A stretch of 33,654 bases of DNA from an uncultured Desulfatiglans sp. (GTDB taxonomy: Bacteria; Desulfobacterota; DSM-4660; Desulfatiglandales; HGW-15): positions 4,093 through 37,746 of the forward strand of contig CAZJOB010000003.1 in the NCBI GenBank assembly GCA_964547435.1, in the 5' to 3' direction. Below the pieces are notes generated by a model that saw nothing but the letters and a program-made list of their open reading frames with translations, ran no database searches and was not told the DNA's origin. Below are positions 16,278-25,787 of the stretch, in pieces. The position numbers and the translations under genes were made by a program. The first letter of the stretch is position 1. Every line of letters starts with the position of its first letter.

Positions 16278-17261
16278 TTAAACCATTTTTTTCATCTCTT
16301 CAGTAAGGGCGGGCACGACCTTGAAAAGATCATCAACAACGCCATAATCCGCCTTCTGGAATATGGGTGCGTCCGGGTCCTTATTTATGGCCACTATAAC
16401 CTTTGACGTGGCCATGCCTGCCAGGTGCTGAATAGCGCCTGAAATACCGCATGCAATATAGAGGTTGGGTGAAACGACCTTGCCCGTTTGTCCGACCTGA
16501 TCAGTCTGAGGCCTCCAGCCAGCGTCAACCGCGGAGCGTGATGCTCCGACCGTGGCGCCCATAACAGCCGCCAGTTCCTCGAGTATGCCGTAACCCTCAG
16601 GGCCTTTCATACCCCTTCCCCCCGAAACTATCTTGTCAGCCTCGGTGAGATCGACCTTTCCGCTCTCGTCCTTTAACACCTCAACAGTCTTCGCCTTTAT
16701 GGCGCTGTCATCCAGTGTAAAGGTGGCGTCGACAACCTCGGCAGTCCTGGATTCGTCCGGTTCATTCATGGTCATAACATTGGGCCTGGCAGTTGCCATC
16801 TGGGGATAGCTGTTGTTATAGGATAGCTTTGCGTAGGCCTTTCCGGCATATATGGGCCTGGTCGCCACAAGATTGCCGCCATCAATTTCAAATTTGGTGC
16901 AATCCTGAGCCATTCCTACACCAAGCCTGGCCGAGAGGCGGGCTGAAAGGTCTTTTCCCTGGGCCGAGGCCCCAAGCAGAAGTATCGCCGGGTCATTCGC
17001 CTTAACGATTTCCGATATCACGGCAACGTATGCGTCTGTATTATATTTCTCAAGCCTCGGGTCATCCGCGACCAGCACCTTGTCAGCCCCGTAATTACCC
17101 AGTTTAGCTGCCTTATCCTTTATGTTTGAACCAAGCAGCACCGCTGTCAGTCCCTGTCCGAGGGAATCGGCGAGCCTCCTTCCCTCACTAACGAGTTCAT
17201 AGGATATCTTTCTGATATCGCCTTCCCTCTGTTCAGCAATTATCATTACTCCTTGTGCCAT
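16278..17261 (-). CDS. etfA: Electron transfer flavoprotein, alpha subunit
   Basis: 327 aa, with a C-terminal FAD-binding region reading ...VSPNLYIACGISGAIQHLAGM...VAINKDPDAPIF. AAGGAG lies upstream, and the gene follows etfB. Confidence 0.9.
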   Translation of the reverse strand: MAQGVMIIAEQREGDIRKISYELVSEGRRLADSLGQGLTAVLLGSNIKDKAAKLGNYGADKVLVADDPRLEKYNTDAYVAVISEIVKANDPAILLLGASAQGKDLSARLSARLGVGMAQDCTKFEIDGGNLVATRPIYAGKAYAKLSYNNSYPQMATARPNVMTMNEPDESRTAEVVDATFTLDDSAIKAKTVEVLKDESGKVDLTEADKIVSGGRGMKGPEGYGILEELAAVMGATVGASRSAVDAGWRPQTDQVGQTGKVVSPNLYIACGISGAIQHLAGMATSKVIVAINKDPDAPIFQKADYGVVDDLFKVVPALTEEMKKMV

Positions 17262-17304
17262 TTTTATCTCCTTTATATATTCACAATTTCTTTATTTAAT
17301 ATTG

Positions 17305-18099
17305 TTAGATAACCTTTGCTTCCTCGTGCAGAAGTTTTGTCAGCTCACCGGCCTTCTGTTCTGCCGATTCACCGTCGATTTTTCTGCCAGCGGCCCTTGA
17401 AGGCGGCGGAGTCAGTTCAACGATGGCGATCTTGCTCGCGCCTTTTCCGACCTGCGCGGCATCCAGGCCAAGATCGGTAATGGTCTTCTCATCAAGGGGT
17501 TTTTTCTTTGCCTTCATGATTCCGGGCAGAGACGCGTATCTTGGTTCGTTCAGACCCTTCTGGGTGGTTATCAATACGGGTGTATTTGCCTCGATGATAT
17601 CTGTCTGACCTTCAACCGGCCTGTTAGCCTTTACGGTTTTTCCGTCTTCGGAGACTTCCAGTTTCAAAACAACCGAGATCTGGGGAATGCCGAGGAATTC
17701 CGCAAGGGCCGCTCCCACGATACCCCTGTCATCATCTATTCCTCTCTGCCCTGTGAATATAATGTCACATTCAAGACCCTTTATGGCCGCTGCCAGGGCC
17801 TTTGCGACACCCAGCGCATCGCTGCCTTCCAGGGCCGGATCATTTATAAGAATACCCTTGTCCGCGCCCATGGCCAGGGCTGTTCGGATGGATTCCGCAA
17901 CCCTTTTGGGGCCTAATCCAACAACTGTTACCTCTCCCCCGAATTTTTCCTTCAGTTTCAGGGCCTCTTCCACCCCGTATTCGTCATAGGGATTCATTAC
18001 CCACTTGATATCACTTTCAACAATGGATTTCCCGTCCGGACCGATCTTTATCTGGGTTTCGGTGTCAGGAACCTGTTTAATGCATACGATAATGTTCAC
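17305..18099 (-). CDS. etfB: Electron transfer flavoprotein, beta subunit
   Basis: The N-terminus MNIIVCIKQVPDTE and NPYDEYGVEEAL are classic EtfB features. It uses a GTG start with AAGGAGG 7 nt upstream. Confidence 0.9.
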   Translation of the reverse strand: MNIIVCIKQVPDTETQIKIGPDGKSIVESDIKWVMNPYDEYGVEEALKLKEKFGGEVTVVGLGPKRVAESIRTALAMGADKGILINDPALEGSDALGVAKALAAAIKGLECDIIFTGQRGIDDDRGIVGAALAEFLGIPQISVVLKLEVSEDGKTVKANRPVEGQTDIIEANTPVLITTQKGLNEPRYASLPGIMKAKKKPLDEKTITDLGLDAAQVGKGASKIAIVELTPPPSRAAGRKIDGESAEQKAGELTKLLHEEAKVI

Positions 18100-18175
18100 T
18101 TTAAATCCTCCTTTTGGTTAATAAAATAATCTTTTTCACTAACATGTTGAGAAATAGCGTGTCAAGCCTGATTCC

Positions 18176-20938
18176 CTATTTCTTCCTGCCGGCAGCCTTT
18201 TTTCTCCTTGATCCCTTTTTCACAGCCGCTTTTTCCTTAAGTGCGGCATGGGCAGCAGCCAGCCTGGCAATCGGCACCCTGTATGGTGAACAGCTTACAT
18301 AGGTCATGCCGACCCTGTGGCAGAAATCCACAGACGCGGGATCACCGCCCTGCTCTCCGCATATTCCGACCTTCAGACTGCTGTTGGTTAAGCGCCCCTT
18401 TCTTACTCCCATCTCTATCAACTGGCCGATTCCATCCTGGTCGATTGTCTGAAAGGGATCAACCTTGAGTATCTTTTTATCCAGATAATCTCCAAGAAAA
18501 CCTCCTATGTCATCACGGCTGAAACCGAATCCCATCTGGGTCAGGTCATTTGTGCCGAATGAGAAAAACTCCGCCACCTCTGCCATTTTGTCGGCAAGAA
18601 GACAGGCGCGGGGTATCTCGATCATTGTGCCCAGCTTGTATTCTATCTTTCTTACCTTTACCTTTTTCAGCGCCTCCTCATAGACCCTGTCAACTATCTT
18701 CTTTTGTTCTTTAAGCTCATTCACCTCGCAGGTTACAGGAATCATTATTTCAGGAATGGCCTTTTTCCCTTTCTTATTCAATTCTGCCGCCGCCTCAAAT
18801 ATGGCCCTTACCTGCATTTCGGTAACTTCCGGATATGTTATTCCCAGCCTTACGCCCCTGTGCCCCATCATGGGATTAACTTCGTGAAGTGCTTCTCCCC
18901 TATTTTTGACCTCAATTACGCTTATGCCCAGACTGGCGGCTATCTCCCTCTGCTTAGCCGCATCCTGAGGTATGAATTCGTGCAGGGGAGGGTCAAGGAG
19001 TCTGAAGGTAACAGGGAGACCGTTCATTACATCCATTGTGTTTTTGATATCACGCTTCACATACCTGAAGAGCTTATTAAGCACCTTTTTCCTCTCATCC
19101 ACTGTTTTGCTGAGGATCATCTGCCGAAGAAGAAAAAGAGGCTCATCGCTGTTTTCTCCGTAGAACATGTGCTCGGTTCTGAAGAGACCTATCCCCTGAG
19201 CGCCGAAATCACGGGCCACCTTTGCATCCTTGGGCGTATCGGCATTTGCCCTTACTCCGAGGTCACGGTATTTATCCGCCAGCTTCATAAATCTCTGGAA
19301 ATTGGGATTTTCCGTGGCATCCATCATTGCTATCCTGCCCTCATACACATTGCCGCTGGTGCCGTTCAGGGTTATTATGTCGCCTCTTTTATAGACCTTT
19401 CCGGCGATGGTCATCTTTCCGGTTTTTGCATCGGCCTTTATAGCGCCTGCACCGACAATACAGCACTTTCCCCAACCCCTTGCCACAAGCGCAGCATGGC
19501 TTGTCATTCCGCCCCTGGAGGTAAGGATGCCGTCAGCCGCGCGCATGCCTGTTACGTCTTCAGGATTGGTCTCTTCTCTGACCAGGATAACCTTTCTGCC
19601 ATTTTTGGCCCACTCGACCGCCTCCTCAGCCGTGAATACTATCTGGCCGTATGCGCCTCCCGGACCGGCAGGCAGGCCCCTTGCAATGCTCACGGCCTTT
19701 TTTTCAGCAACAGGATCAACTATGGGATGAAGCAGTTCATCAAGCTGTTCCGGCTTTAATCGCGTAATAGCCGTTTTTTCATCAATAAGTTTTTCCCGAA
19801 GCATATCTATGGCCATGTTCAGGGCCGCTGTGCCTGTGCGTTTTCCTACACGGGTCTGCAACATGTAGAGCACTCCCTCCTGTATGGTAAACTCTATATC
19901 CTGCATATCATGGTAATGCCTCTCCAGTTTTTTCTGAATTTTGAACAGTTGTCTGTAAAGCCCGGGCATGGCCTTTTCAAGTGAAACAAGATGCCTGTTC
20001 TGATCATTCTTTGTGACTTCATTAATGGGGTTTGGCGTGCGGATTCCGGCGACAACATCCTCTCCCTGGGCATTTGGCAGCCATTCTCCGTAAAACCTGT
20101 TTTCACCTGTGGCCGGATTTCTAGTAAAGGCAACCCCGGTAGCCGATGCATTCCCCATATTTCCAAAGACCATTGCCTGAACATTTGTCGCAGTGCCCCA
20201 GTCATCAGGAATGCCCTCAATAAGGCGATAGGCCACAGCCCGTTTGCCGTTCCAGCTCTTGAAAACAGCGCCAACGCTGCCCCACATCTGTTCCATGGGA
20301 TCGTCAGGGAAGGCCCTTTTCAATACCTTCCTGATCCTTTCCTTGTATTCCCTGCAGAGATATTTAAGATCATCAACAGTCAGGTCTGTATCATTGGAAT
20401 ACCCCTTCTTCTCCTTTAGCTTTTCCATTATGCCGTCAAGCTGGACACGTATTCCTCTGCCCTCTTCCGGCTCTATGCCCTCTGCCTTTTCCATTACCAC
20501 ATCGGAGTACATGGTGATGAGCCTTCTGTATGAGTCATACACAAAGCGTTCATTATTGGTCTTTTTGACAAGCCCCGGCATTGTCTTTGAACAGAGGCCG
20601 ATATTAAGTACAGTCTCCATCATGCCGGGCATTGATGAGCGGGCGCCAGATCTTGCCGAAAGGAGAAGGGGATTTTCCGGGTCTCCGAATTTCATGCCCA
20701 TCTCCTTTTCCACGAGGCTCAGTGCCTTCTCAACCTGACCTTTCAGGCCGGGGGGAAATTTGGAACCGTATGCAAAATAGTCATTGCAGCAATCAGTGGT
20801 TATTGTAAATCCGGCGGGCACGGGAATGCCGAGCCGGCTCATTTCGGCAAGGTTCGCGCCCTTGCCGCCCAGAAGGTTTTTCATGTCGGCCTTTCCATCT
20901 GTCTTTTTAGTACCGAAGGAATAAACATACTTTGGCAT
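18176..20938 (-). CDS. ppdK: Pyruvate, phosphate dikinase
   Basis: 920 aa. It has LLGGKGANLAEM, the phosphohistidine region GGMTSHAALVARG, and the C-terminal PEP-utilising domain ...FFSFGTNDLTQ...VSCSPYRVPIARLAAA. A basic C-terminal tail is added. Confidence 0.95.
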   Translation of the reverse strand: MPKYVYSFGTKKTDGKADMKNLLGGKGANLAEMSRLGIPVPAGFTITTDCCNDYFAYGSKFPPGLKGQVEKALSLVEKEMGMKFGDPENPLLLSARSGARSSMPGMMETVLNIGLCSKTMPGLVKKTNNERFVYDSYRRLITMYSDVVMEKAEGIEPEEGRGIRVQLDGIMEKLKEKKGYSNDTDLTVDDLKYLCREYKERIRKVLKRAFPDDPMEQMWGSVGAVFKSWNGKRAVAYRLIEGIPDDWGTATNVQAMVFGNMGNASATGVAFTRNPATGENRFYGEWLPNAQGEDVVAGIRTPNPINEVTKNDQNRHLVSLEKAMPGLYRQLFKIQKKLERHYHDMQDIEFTIQEGVLYMLQTRVGKRTGTAALNMAIDMLREKLIDEKTAITRLKPEQLDELLHPIVDPVAEKKAVSIARGLPAGPGGAYGQIVFTAEEAVEWAKNGRKVILVREETNPEDVTGMRAADGILTSRGGMTSHAALVARGWGKCCIVGAGAIKADAKTGKMTIAGKVYKRGDIITLNGTSGNVYEGRIAMMDATENPNFQRFMKLADKYRDLGVRANADTPKDAKVARDFGAQGIGLFRTEHMFYGENSDEPLFLLRQMILSKTVDERKKVLNKLFRYVKRDIKNTMDVMNGLPVTFRLLDPPLHEFIPQDAAKQREIAASLGISVIEVKNRGEALHEVNPMMGHRGVRLGITYPEVTEMQVRAIFEAAAELNKKGKKAIPEIMIPVTCEVNELKEQKKIVDRVYEEALKKVKVRKIEYKLGTMIEIPRACLLADKMAEVAEFFSFGTNDLTQMGFGFSRDDIGGFLGDYLDKKILKVDPFQTIDQDGIGQLIEMGVRKGRLTNSSLKVGICGEQGGDPASVDFCHRVGMTYVSCSPYRVPIARLAAAHAALKEKAAVKKGSRRKKAAGRKK

Positions 20939-20993
20939 AATATAATCTCCTTTTTGACTGGTTATTTATTTTTTATTTTTCTATTATAGGATC

Positions 20994-21049
20994 AAATTTG
21001 TCGAACTCGTAAAAAGTCCAACAAGTTTGACGAACTCATAAAAATATCC
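20994..21049 (+). repeat. Two tandem copies of the AATTTGTCGAACTCGTAAAAAGTCC-type motif in the ppdK/cysteine desulfurase divergent region
   Basis: The first copy, aaatttgtcgaactcgtaaaaagtcc, is at 20994-21019. The second, aagtttgacgaactcataaaaatatcc, is at 21023-21049. Confidence 0.55.
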
Positions 21050-21156
21050 TGAAAGCGGGGATTATATACTGATTATGGCCAACCTATCAACTATTAATCA
21101 CGATTTATCTTACTCCGGCCTGTATTTTTTTCATTATCTCTCGAAAGGTACTGTTT

Positions 21157-22308
21157 ATGGCTGTTAATGACAATATAATATATCTTGACCACAATGCCAC
21201 AACCCCTGTCGATCCTGAGGCAGTTTCTGTCATGCATGAAATTATGAAGGATAATTTCGGAAATCCTTCAAGCGGACATATACTGGGCCTCAAGGCTAAA
21301 AATGCGGTTGACAGGGCGCGGGAAGATGTATCCGCTCTTCTGGGATGTAAAAAAACAGAGATTATCTTCACATCGGGCGGCAGCGAATCCAATAACATGG
21401 CATTAAAGGGGCTGATAGACTTCAGATACCCTGAAAAACATCACATAATAATCTCGGCAGTTGAGCATCCTGCTATAATAAATCCGGCCCTTTATCTCAT
21501 GGAAACCGGGATAGAGCTCAGCATCATACCGGTTGACCGCTATGGTCTGGCATCTCCAGAAGACATAGAAAAGGCCATAAGACCTGAGACCGTGCTGATC
21601 TCTATAATGCTTGCAAACAACGAGACTGGTACGATTCAGCCGGTAAGAGAGATAGCCGAAATAGCACGCGCCCATTCCATAGCAATGCATACCGACGCGG
21701 CCCAGGCCGTGGGAAAGATAGGGGTGAATGTCAATGAACTGGGTGTGGACATGCTGAGCCTGGCCGGTCATAAACTCTATGGACCAAAGGGCATAGGCGC
21801 GCTTTTCATTCGTGAAGGCGTAAGTCTCACTCCCCTTATTCACGGTGCAAACCAGGAATCCGGAAAAAGGGCGGGCACGGAAAACGTGATACTTGCGGCA
21901 GGACTGGGAGTGGCATGCAGGGTGGCAGGACGAAGATTGAAAAATGATATGGAAAGAGCGACACTGCTAAGGGACAGGCTTCAGGAACTCCTGTTCAATG
22001 GAATTCAAGGACTGATACTGAACGGCCACCCGGACAGAAGGCTTCCCAATACCATAAACGTGTCTGTGCCGGGTATTTACGGCAACAGCATACTTGAGGC
22101 TGTACCTGATGTGATTGCGTCCACCGGCGCTGCGTGTCACGACAGGAGGGTAAAACTGTCTCACGTGCTTCACGCCATGGGAGTCACACCTGAAGCAGGC
22201 ATGGGCGCACTGAGGCTGAGCCTGGGCAGGTTGAATGATATGGAGCAGATAGAGAGGGCCGCGAATCTGATTATTGCGGCTGTGAGGACATTGAGAGAAA
22301 ACAAATAA
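21157..22308 (+). CDS. Cysteine desulfurase, NifS/IscS class (PLP-dependent)
   Basis: 383 aa with IYLDHNATTPVDPEA, FTSGGSESNN, SLAGHKLYGPKGIGALF (PLP lysine) and STGAACH (active-site Cys loop). Confidence 0.9.
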   Translation: MAVNDNIIYLDHNATTPVDPEAVSVMHEIMKDNFGNPSSGHILGLKAKNAVDRAREDVSALLGCKKTEIIFTSGGSESNNMALKGLIDFRYPEKHHIIISAVEHPAIINPALYLMETGIELSIIPVDRYGLASPEDIEKAIRPETVLISIMLANNETGTIQPVREIAEIARAHSIAMHTDAAQAVGKIGVNVNELGVDMLSLAGHKLYGPKGIGALFIREGVSLTPLIHGANQESGKRAGTENVILAAGLGVACRVAGRRLKNDMERATLLRDRLQELLFNGIQGLILNGHPDRRLPNTINVSVPGIYGNSILEAVPDVIASTGAACHDRRVKLSHVLHAMGVTPEAGMGALRLSLGRLNDMEQIERAANLIIAAVRTLRENK

Positions 22309-22336
22309 ACGCACGCAAGCATTGGCTTGCGTGCGT
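22309..22336. terminator. Bidirectional intrinsic terminator between the convergent cysteine desulfurase and TonB-receptor genes
   Basis: acgcacgcaagc-attg-gcttgcgtgcgt is a perfect 12-bp stem. It is flanked by T-rich tracts on both strands. Confidence 0.7.
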
Positions 22337-22366
22337 TTGTGATTTCAGCAGTAACTGTATAATGAC

Positions 22367-24874
22367 TTAGAATATGTTATACCTCAGGGTCAGTGCGAAT
22401 GTACGGGGACGTCCCGGCTGACCCAGCCTGCCATATGTAAGTGCTGACAGATCCTGATTCTTGTTGGAGCCTATACTGATCCAGTAGAATTTATCAAACA
22501 GGTTCTGCACCTCTAATGAAAGAGACCAGTGCGCATCCGCCGACATGTATGTCAACCGGCCGTTAAACAGGGAGTATGCAGGTATTTCATGGTCCGGCCC
22601 GTTGGGTTTTTGGGCAACATCACTGTTGTGCCGCATACCCTGATAAAACATATCTATACGCGGTATCAGCATTGATCCATTCCTGAAATTGAACCTGTAT
22701 TGAGCGCCCGAGTTAAGGCTCCAGTCGGCCTGCAGCTTATAATCAGGGTGAGTAAAACCTCGCTCGCTTTGAGCGACATCGGTTTTATAGTTATACCAGC
22801 CGACTGACGCGTTCAGATCAAGATTTTTATAAGGCCTAGCTGTCATGTCAAGTTCGACTCCTTTTGATGTTCCCGGCGCGCTGAAGTATACAAACCAGTA
22901 TTGCCCCTGCCCTCCAGCCGCGAATGTCCCTGCGGGGCATGTGCCGCTGAAATCGGGCGTGCCGGGATCCGTTCCAAGCGGATCGGTGCATTGATAACCG
23001 AATGCGCCGGATACGCGCGGATCATATTCATTAAGGAACGCCGCGGCGTTTAACCTTAAACGGTTTTCAAAAAATTGCGTCTTGGCGCCAATTTCATACA
23101 TAAGTATCTTTTCATCGGGTGTCGGCAGAAGCTGAGCCTTGGTGTATGGTCTGGGATTTGCGCCTTCTGAACGGTAGCCCGTGGCCGCAGTGGCATAAGT
23201 CATGATATCGTCAGTAAACTGGTAACCGAGACTCAATTTCCAGTCATAATGTTTGCCTCCATACTGTAATGGCTCGGCGATTTGAAACAACTGGTTATGG
23301 TCAAAGGCAAATGATTTTTCCTCATCTGTTACTCTACCGCCCGCAGTAAGAGACAGCTTGTCGGTTATAGCAAATATGCCGTGGGCAAAAACAGATTTAC
23401 TCTCATTATCAAATTTATCATTATTATCAAAACCAAAAGGCATACCGATCAGAGGCCCTATACCGGAATCTTCTGCCCATAGACCGAGAGTGCCCAGAGA
23501 TACATAACCCACATAATGGGTGAAGGTCTTGTAATAATATCCGCCGACTGTCCAGTCCAGTCGTTTATCAAATAGGTTTCCATTTAACCGGAGTTCGTAA
23601 CTGTCCTGGTCATGCCTCATATCAATCAGATAGGCATTAAAACTGAAGGGAGTTCCGTTAACAGTTGAGAAAACCTGATTGTATTCACGATGGCCGTAGA
23701 TAAACTTGAGATGCATATTATCAGAAATGTCATAATCCGCCCTCACAAACAGATTTGTGTAGTCCTGTGTTGTCTTATCCGGCCATCTTATCTGCTTAAT
23801 AGGATCTTCAAAAGTTTCATAAACAGAGAAGGGATTGCCCGTAACATATTGGTCGCCCAGTATGGATATTCCAAAACGGGTCTGGTACATGTTATCCACA
23901 TAGGTATCAAATGTGTCGGTGGTGGCAGAATTTCTGCCTCTGAGAAGTGTCTCGGGCTGAGTATCCGCCTCAATCTCGGTGTAATCAAGGCCAAAATTAA
24001 ATTCCAGTTTCGGGGTAGCGAGGTATCGTAACATGATTTTGGCAGCGTCGCTCTGCGACCCCCCTTTCTCGCCGATTTTACAATTTCCTGCCAGAAGATC
24101 GTAGTGTTCCAGGGACGTGGGTAACGTCCCGGCCAGCGCGGGAGTGCCATTCGCGTTCATCTGGCATACAAAATCCAGGCGGTCCATGTATCCGTCTATC
24201 TTCTTTGAACTCGCGGAAATCCGTGTAAACAGTTTATCCTCGATCAGAGAAAAATCATAACCCCCGGAAAAATCCAATCGATCATATTCACCGTATGTTA
24301 CCTGAACGTGTCCGGTGTTGTCACCCATCGGGAGTTTGGAAATGAGCCGGATTGCGCCGCCTATACTGTTTTTTCCGAACAGGGTGCCCTGAGGGCCTCG
24401 CAAGACCTCTACTCGTTCCAGATCAACAAGCTCCATAGTAGACCCGACAACAGTCTCATTGAAGATATCATCCACATAGACAACAACACCGGGCTCAAAG
24501 GCAGGAATAAAATCGTTCTGGTCAACGCCACGTATTCCTATATAGGCATTTGGTCCCCATGCATTACCCTGCGGACGAATGGCTGAATTGGGAATGACCA
24601 GACCCAGGTCAGCAATAGATGAGATATTCCTCACCTCCAGTGTTTCGCCGGTAATGGCAGTGATGGCTATCGGCGTTTTCTGCAGATTCGTTTCCTGAAA
24701 CTGGGCCGTTACGACAATTTCTTCTAATGTGAATTCTTCTCTTGCCTTCTGATCCTCCTGTTTGGCCTGCTCATTCTCCTGGCCTGTTGCGGTTCCGCAT
24801 ACAAATACGGTTCCCATGATTAACATGAATTTTAAAACCGGTTTAAATAAAGCACTCCTCTTCAATCTTTCCAT
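22367..24874 (-). CDS. TonB-dependent outer-membrane receptor
   Basis: 835 aa with a signal peptide. The plug region reads EEIVVTA...LQKTPIAITAI...VEVLRGPQGTLFGKNSIGGAI. A long beta-barrel follows, and the protein ends in LRYNIF (terminal aromatic residue). Confidence 0.9.
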   Translation of the reverse strand: MERLKRSALFKPVLKFMLIMGTVFVCGTATGQENEQAKQEDQKAREEFTLEEIVVTAQFQETNLQKTPIAITAITGETLEVRNISSIADLGLVIPNSAIRPQGNAWGPNAYIGIRGVDQNDFIPAFEPGVVVYVDDIFNETVVGSTMELVDLERVEVLRGPQGTLFGKNSIGGAIRLISKLPMGDNTGHVQVTYGEYDRLDFSGGYDFSLIEDKLFTRISASSKKIDGYMDRLDFVCQMNANGTPALAGTLPTSLEHYDLLAGNCKIGEKGGSQSDAAKIMLRYLATPKLEFNFGLDYTEIEADTQPETLLRGRNSATTDTFDTYVDNMYQTRFGISILGDQYVTGNPFSVYETFEDPIKQIRWPDKTTQDYTNLFVRADYDISDNMHLKFIYGHREYNQVFSTVNGTPFSFNAYLIDMRHDQDSYELRLNGNLFDKRLDWTVGGYYYKTFTHYVGYVSLGTLGLWAEDSGIGPLIGMPFGFDNNDKFDNESKSVFAHGIFAITDKLSLTAGGRVTDEEKSFAFDHNQLFQIAEPLQYGGKHYDWKLSLGYQFTDDIMTYATAATGYRSEGANPRPYTKAQLLPTPDEKILMYEIGAKTQFFENRLRLNAAAFLNEYDPRVSGAFGYQCTDPLGTDPGTPDFSGTCPAGTFAAGGQGQYWFVYFSAPGTSKGVELDMTARPYKNLDLNASVGWYNYKTDVAQSERGFTHPDYKLQADWSLNSGAQYRFNFRNGSMLIPRIDMFYQGMRHNSDVAQKPNGPDHEIPAYSLFNGRLTYMSADAHWSLSLEVQNLFDKFYWISIGSNKNQDLSALTYGRLGQPGRPRTFALTLRYNIF

Positions 24875-25315
24875 AATTCCCCCTTTTTATGGCTTAAGGT
24901 TAATATTATGCTGCTCTTCGACTATCCTCCTGGAGATAGCTGAAGTTCCTCTGATAAAGGCGAATAATATTCAAACTATATCGCCGTACTGCTGAACATA
25001 ATTTTTTAAAAAATATGGATTTGAAGATACGTGTGATAGGGATATTAAAGATACCCAAAAAGTGCATGAACCAGAGGGTAGATGTCTGCGAGATGAAAAA
25101 ATCCGAATAGCGTGCAGCGCAACAAGAGATTCAGATTATCACAGGAACGGCATCTGTACACCATTCACATGTTATAAACGAATTAATAATTATTAACGCA
25201 AATTTTAGTTATTATATTCCAACGTTGATGTCAAGAAAGAAAACCGGCTCCTCATAAGAATTTGTGGGCAGAAATGTGACTGAATATTCAAAAAATCGAT
25301 GACTTCTGCGAGTTC

Positions 25316-25468
25316 GTCTAAATTTGTTGAACTCGTAAAAAGTCTCCCCATTTGTCATTCCGCGACTTGCCTGTCCCGATGCTGTTTTCGGGGCCTGCCG
25401 GGCCGTAGCCTCCCTGACCGCCAAAGCTTGAGCGACGGCGGTTGGCGAAGGCTGGATTGCGGAATCCA
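25316..25468 (-). repeat. Repeat family B, copy 2, with the adjoining motif; inverted relative to copy 1
   Basis: See 15713-15868. The sequence cgtctaaatttgttgaactcgtaaaaagtc precedes tgtcattccgcgac...ggattgcggaatcc. Confidence 0.8.
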
Positions 25469-25488
25469 GTATTTTCATCTAGTTATAG

Positions 25489-25532
25489 ATTCCCGCCGGA
25501 GTTTATTCACGAACTTGATTCGGGGCGGGAAT
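25489..25532. repeat. attcccgcc...ggcgggaat hairpin module
   Basis: A 9-bp stem, attcccgcc/ggcgggaat, encloses a 26-nt loop. The leader agttatagattcccgcc also occurs at 11417. Confidence 0.5.
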
Positions 25533-25787
25533 GACGCCCTGAGCTATTCTCAGACAGCCTCCTGGTTCGCAAAATAGTCCTTCCGGCCTGTTAATTTTCC
25601 ATTGAAACAAATTCCTTTACAGTGCGTATTCAATAGATTATTCATGTAGCACTGAAGGTTGCTATGGAAGCCAAATTAACCATAAAATCAGATAAATCTG
25701 TGAGGATCGGGGCAAGGAGATTTATGGCGGTATGATGGTGCTGAATACAAAAGAATACAGCTTCGGTGTAACAGGAGGCAACCTTTT

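Noticed and set aside
18704-19759. 351-aa plus-strand ORF, plus several ORFs of 60-160 aa between 18241 and 20738
   Set aside because: They lie entirely antisense inside the well-supported ppdK gene, and their sequences are low in complexity and rich in Arg, Ser and Leu. This is typical shadow-ORF behaviour in a GC-balanced gene.
24875-25200. Riboswitch (cobalamin or TPP) in the long leader of the TonB-dependent receptor
   Set aside because: Reading the minus strand, I found no B12-box-like or TPP-like (CUGAGA...ACCUGA) conserved cores. This was checked by eye only, so a covariance-model scan (Rfam) would be the proper test.
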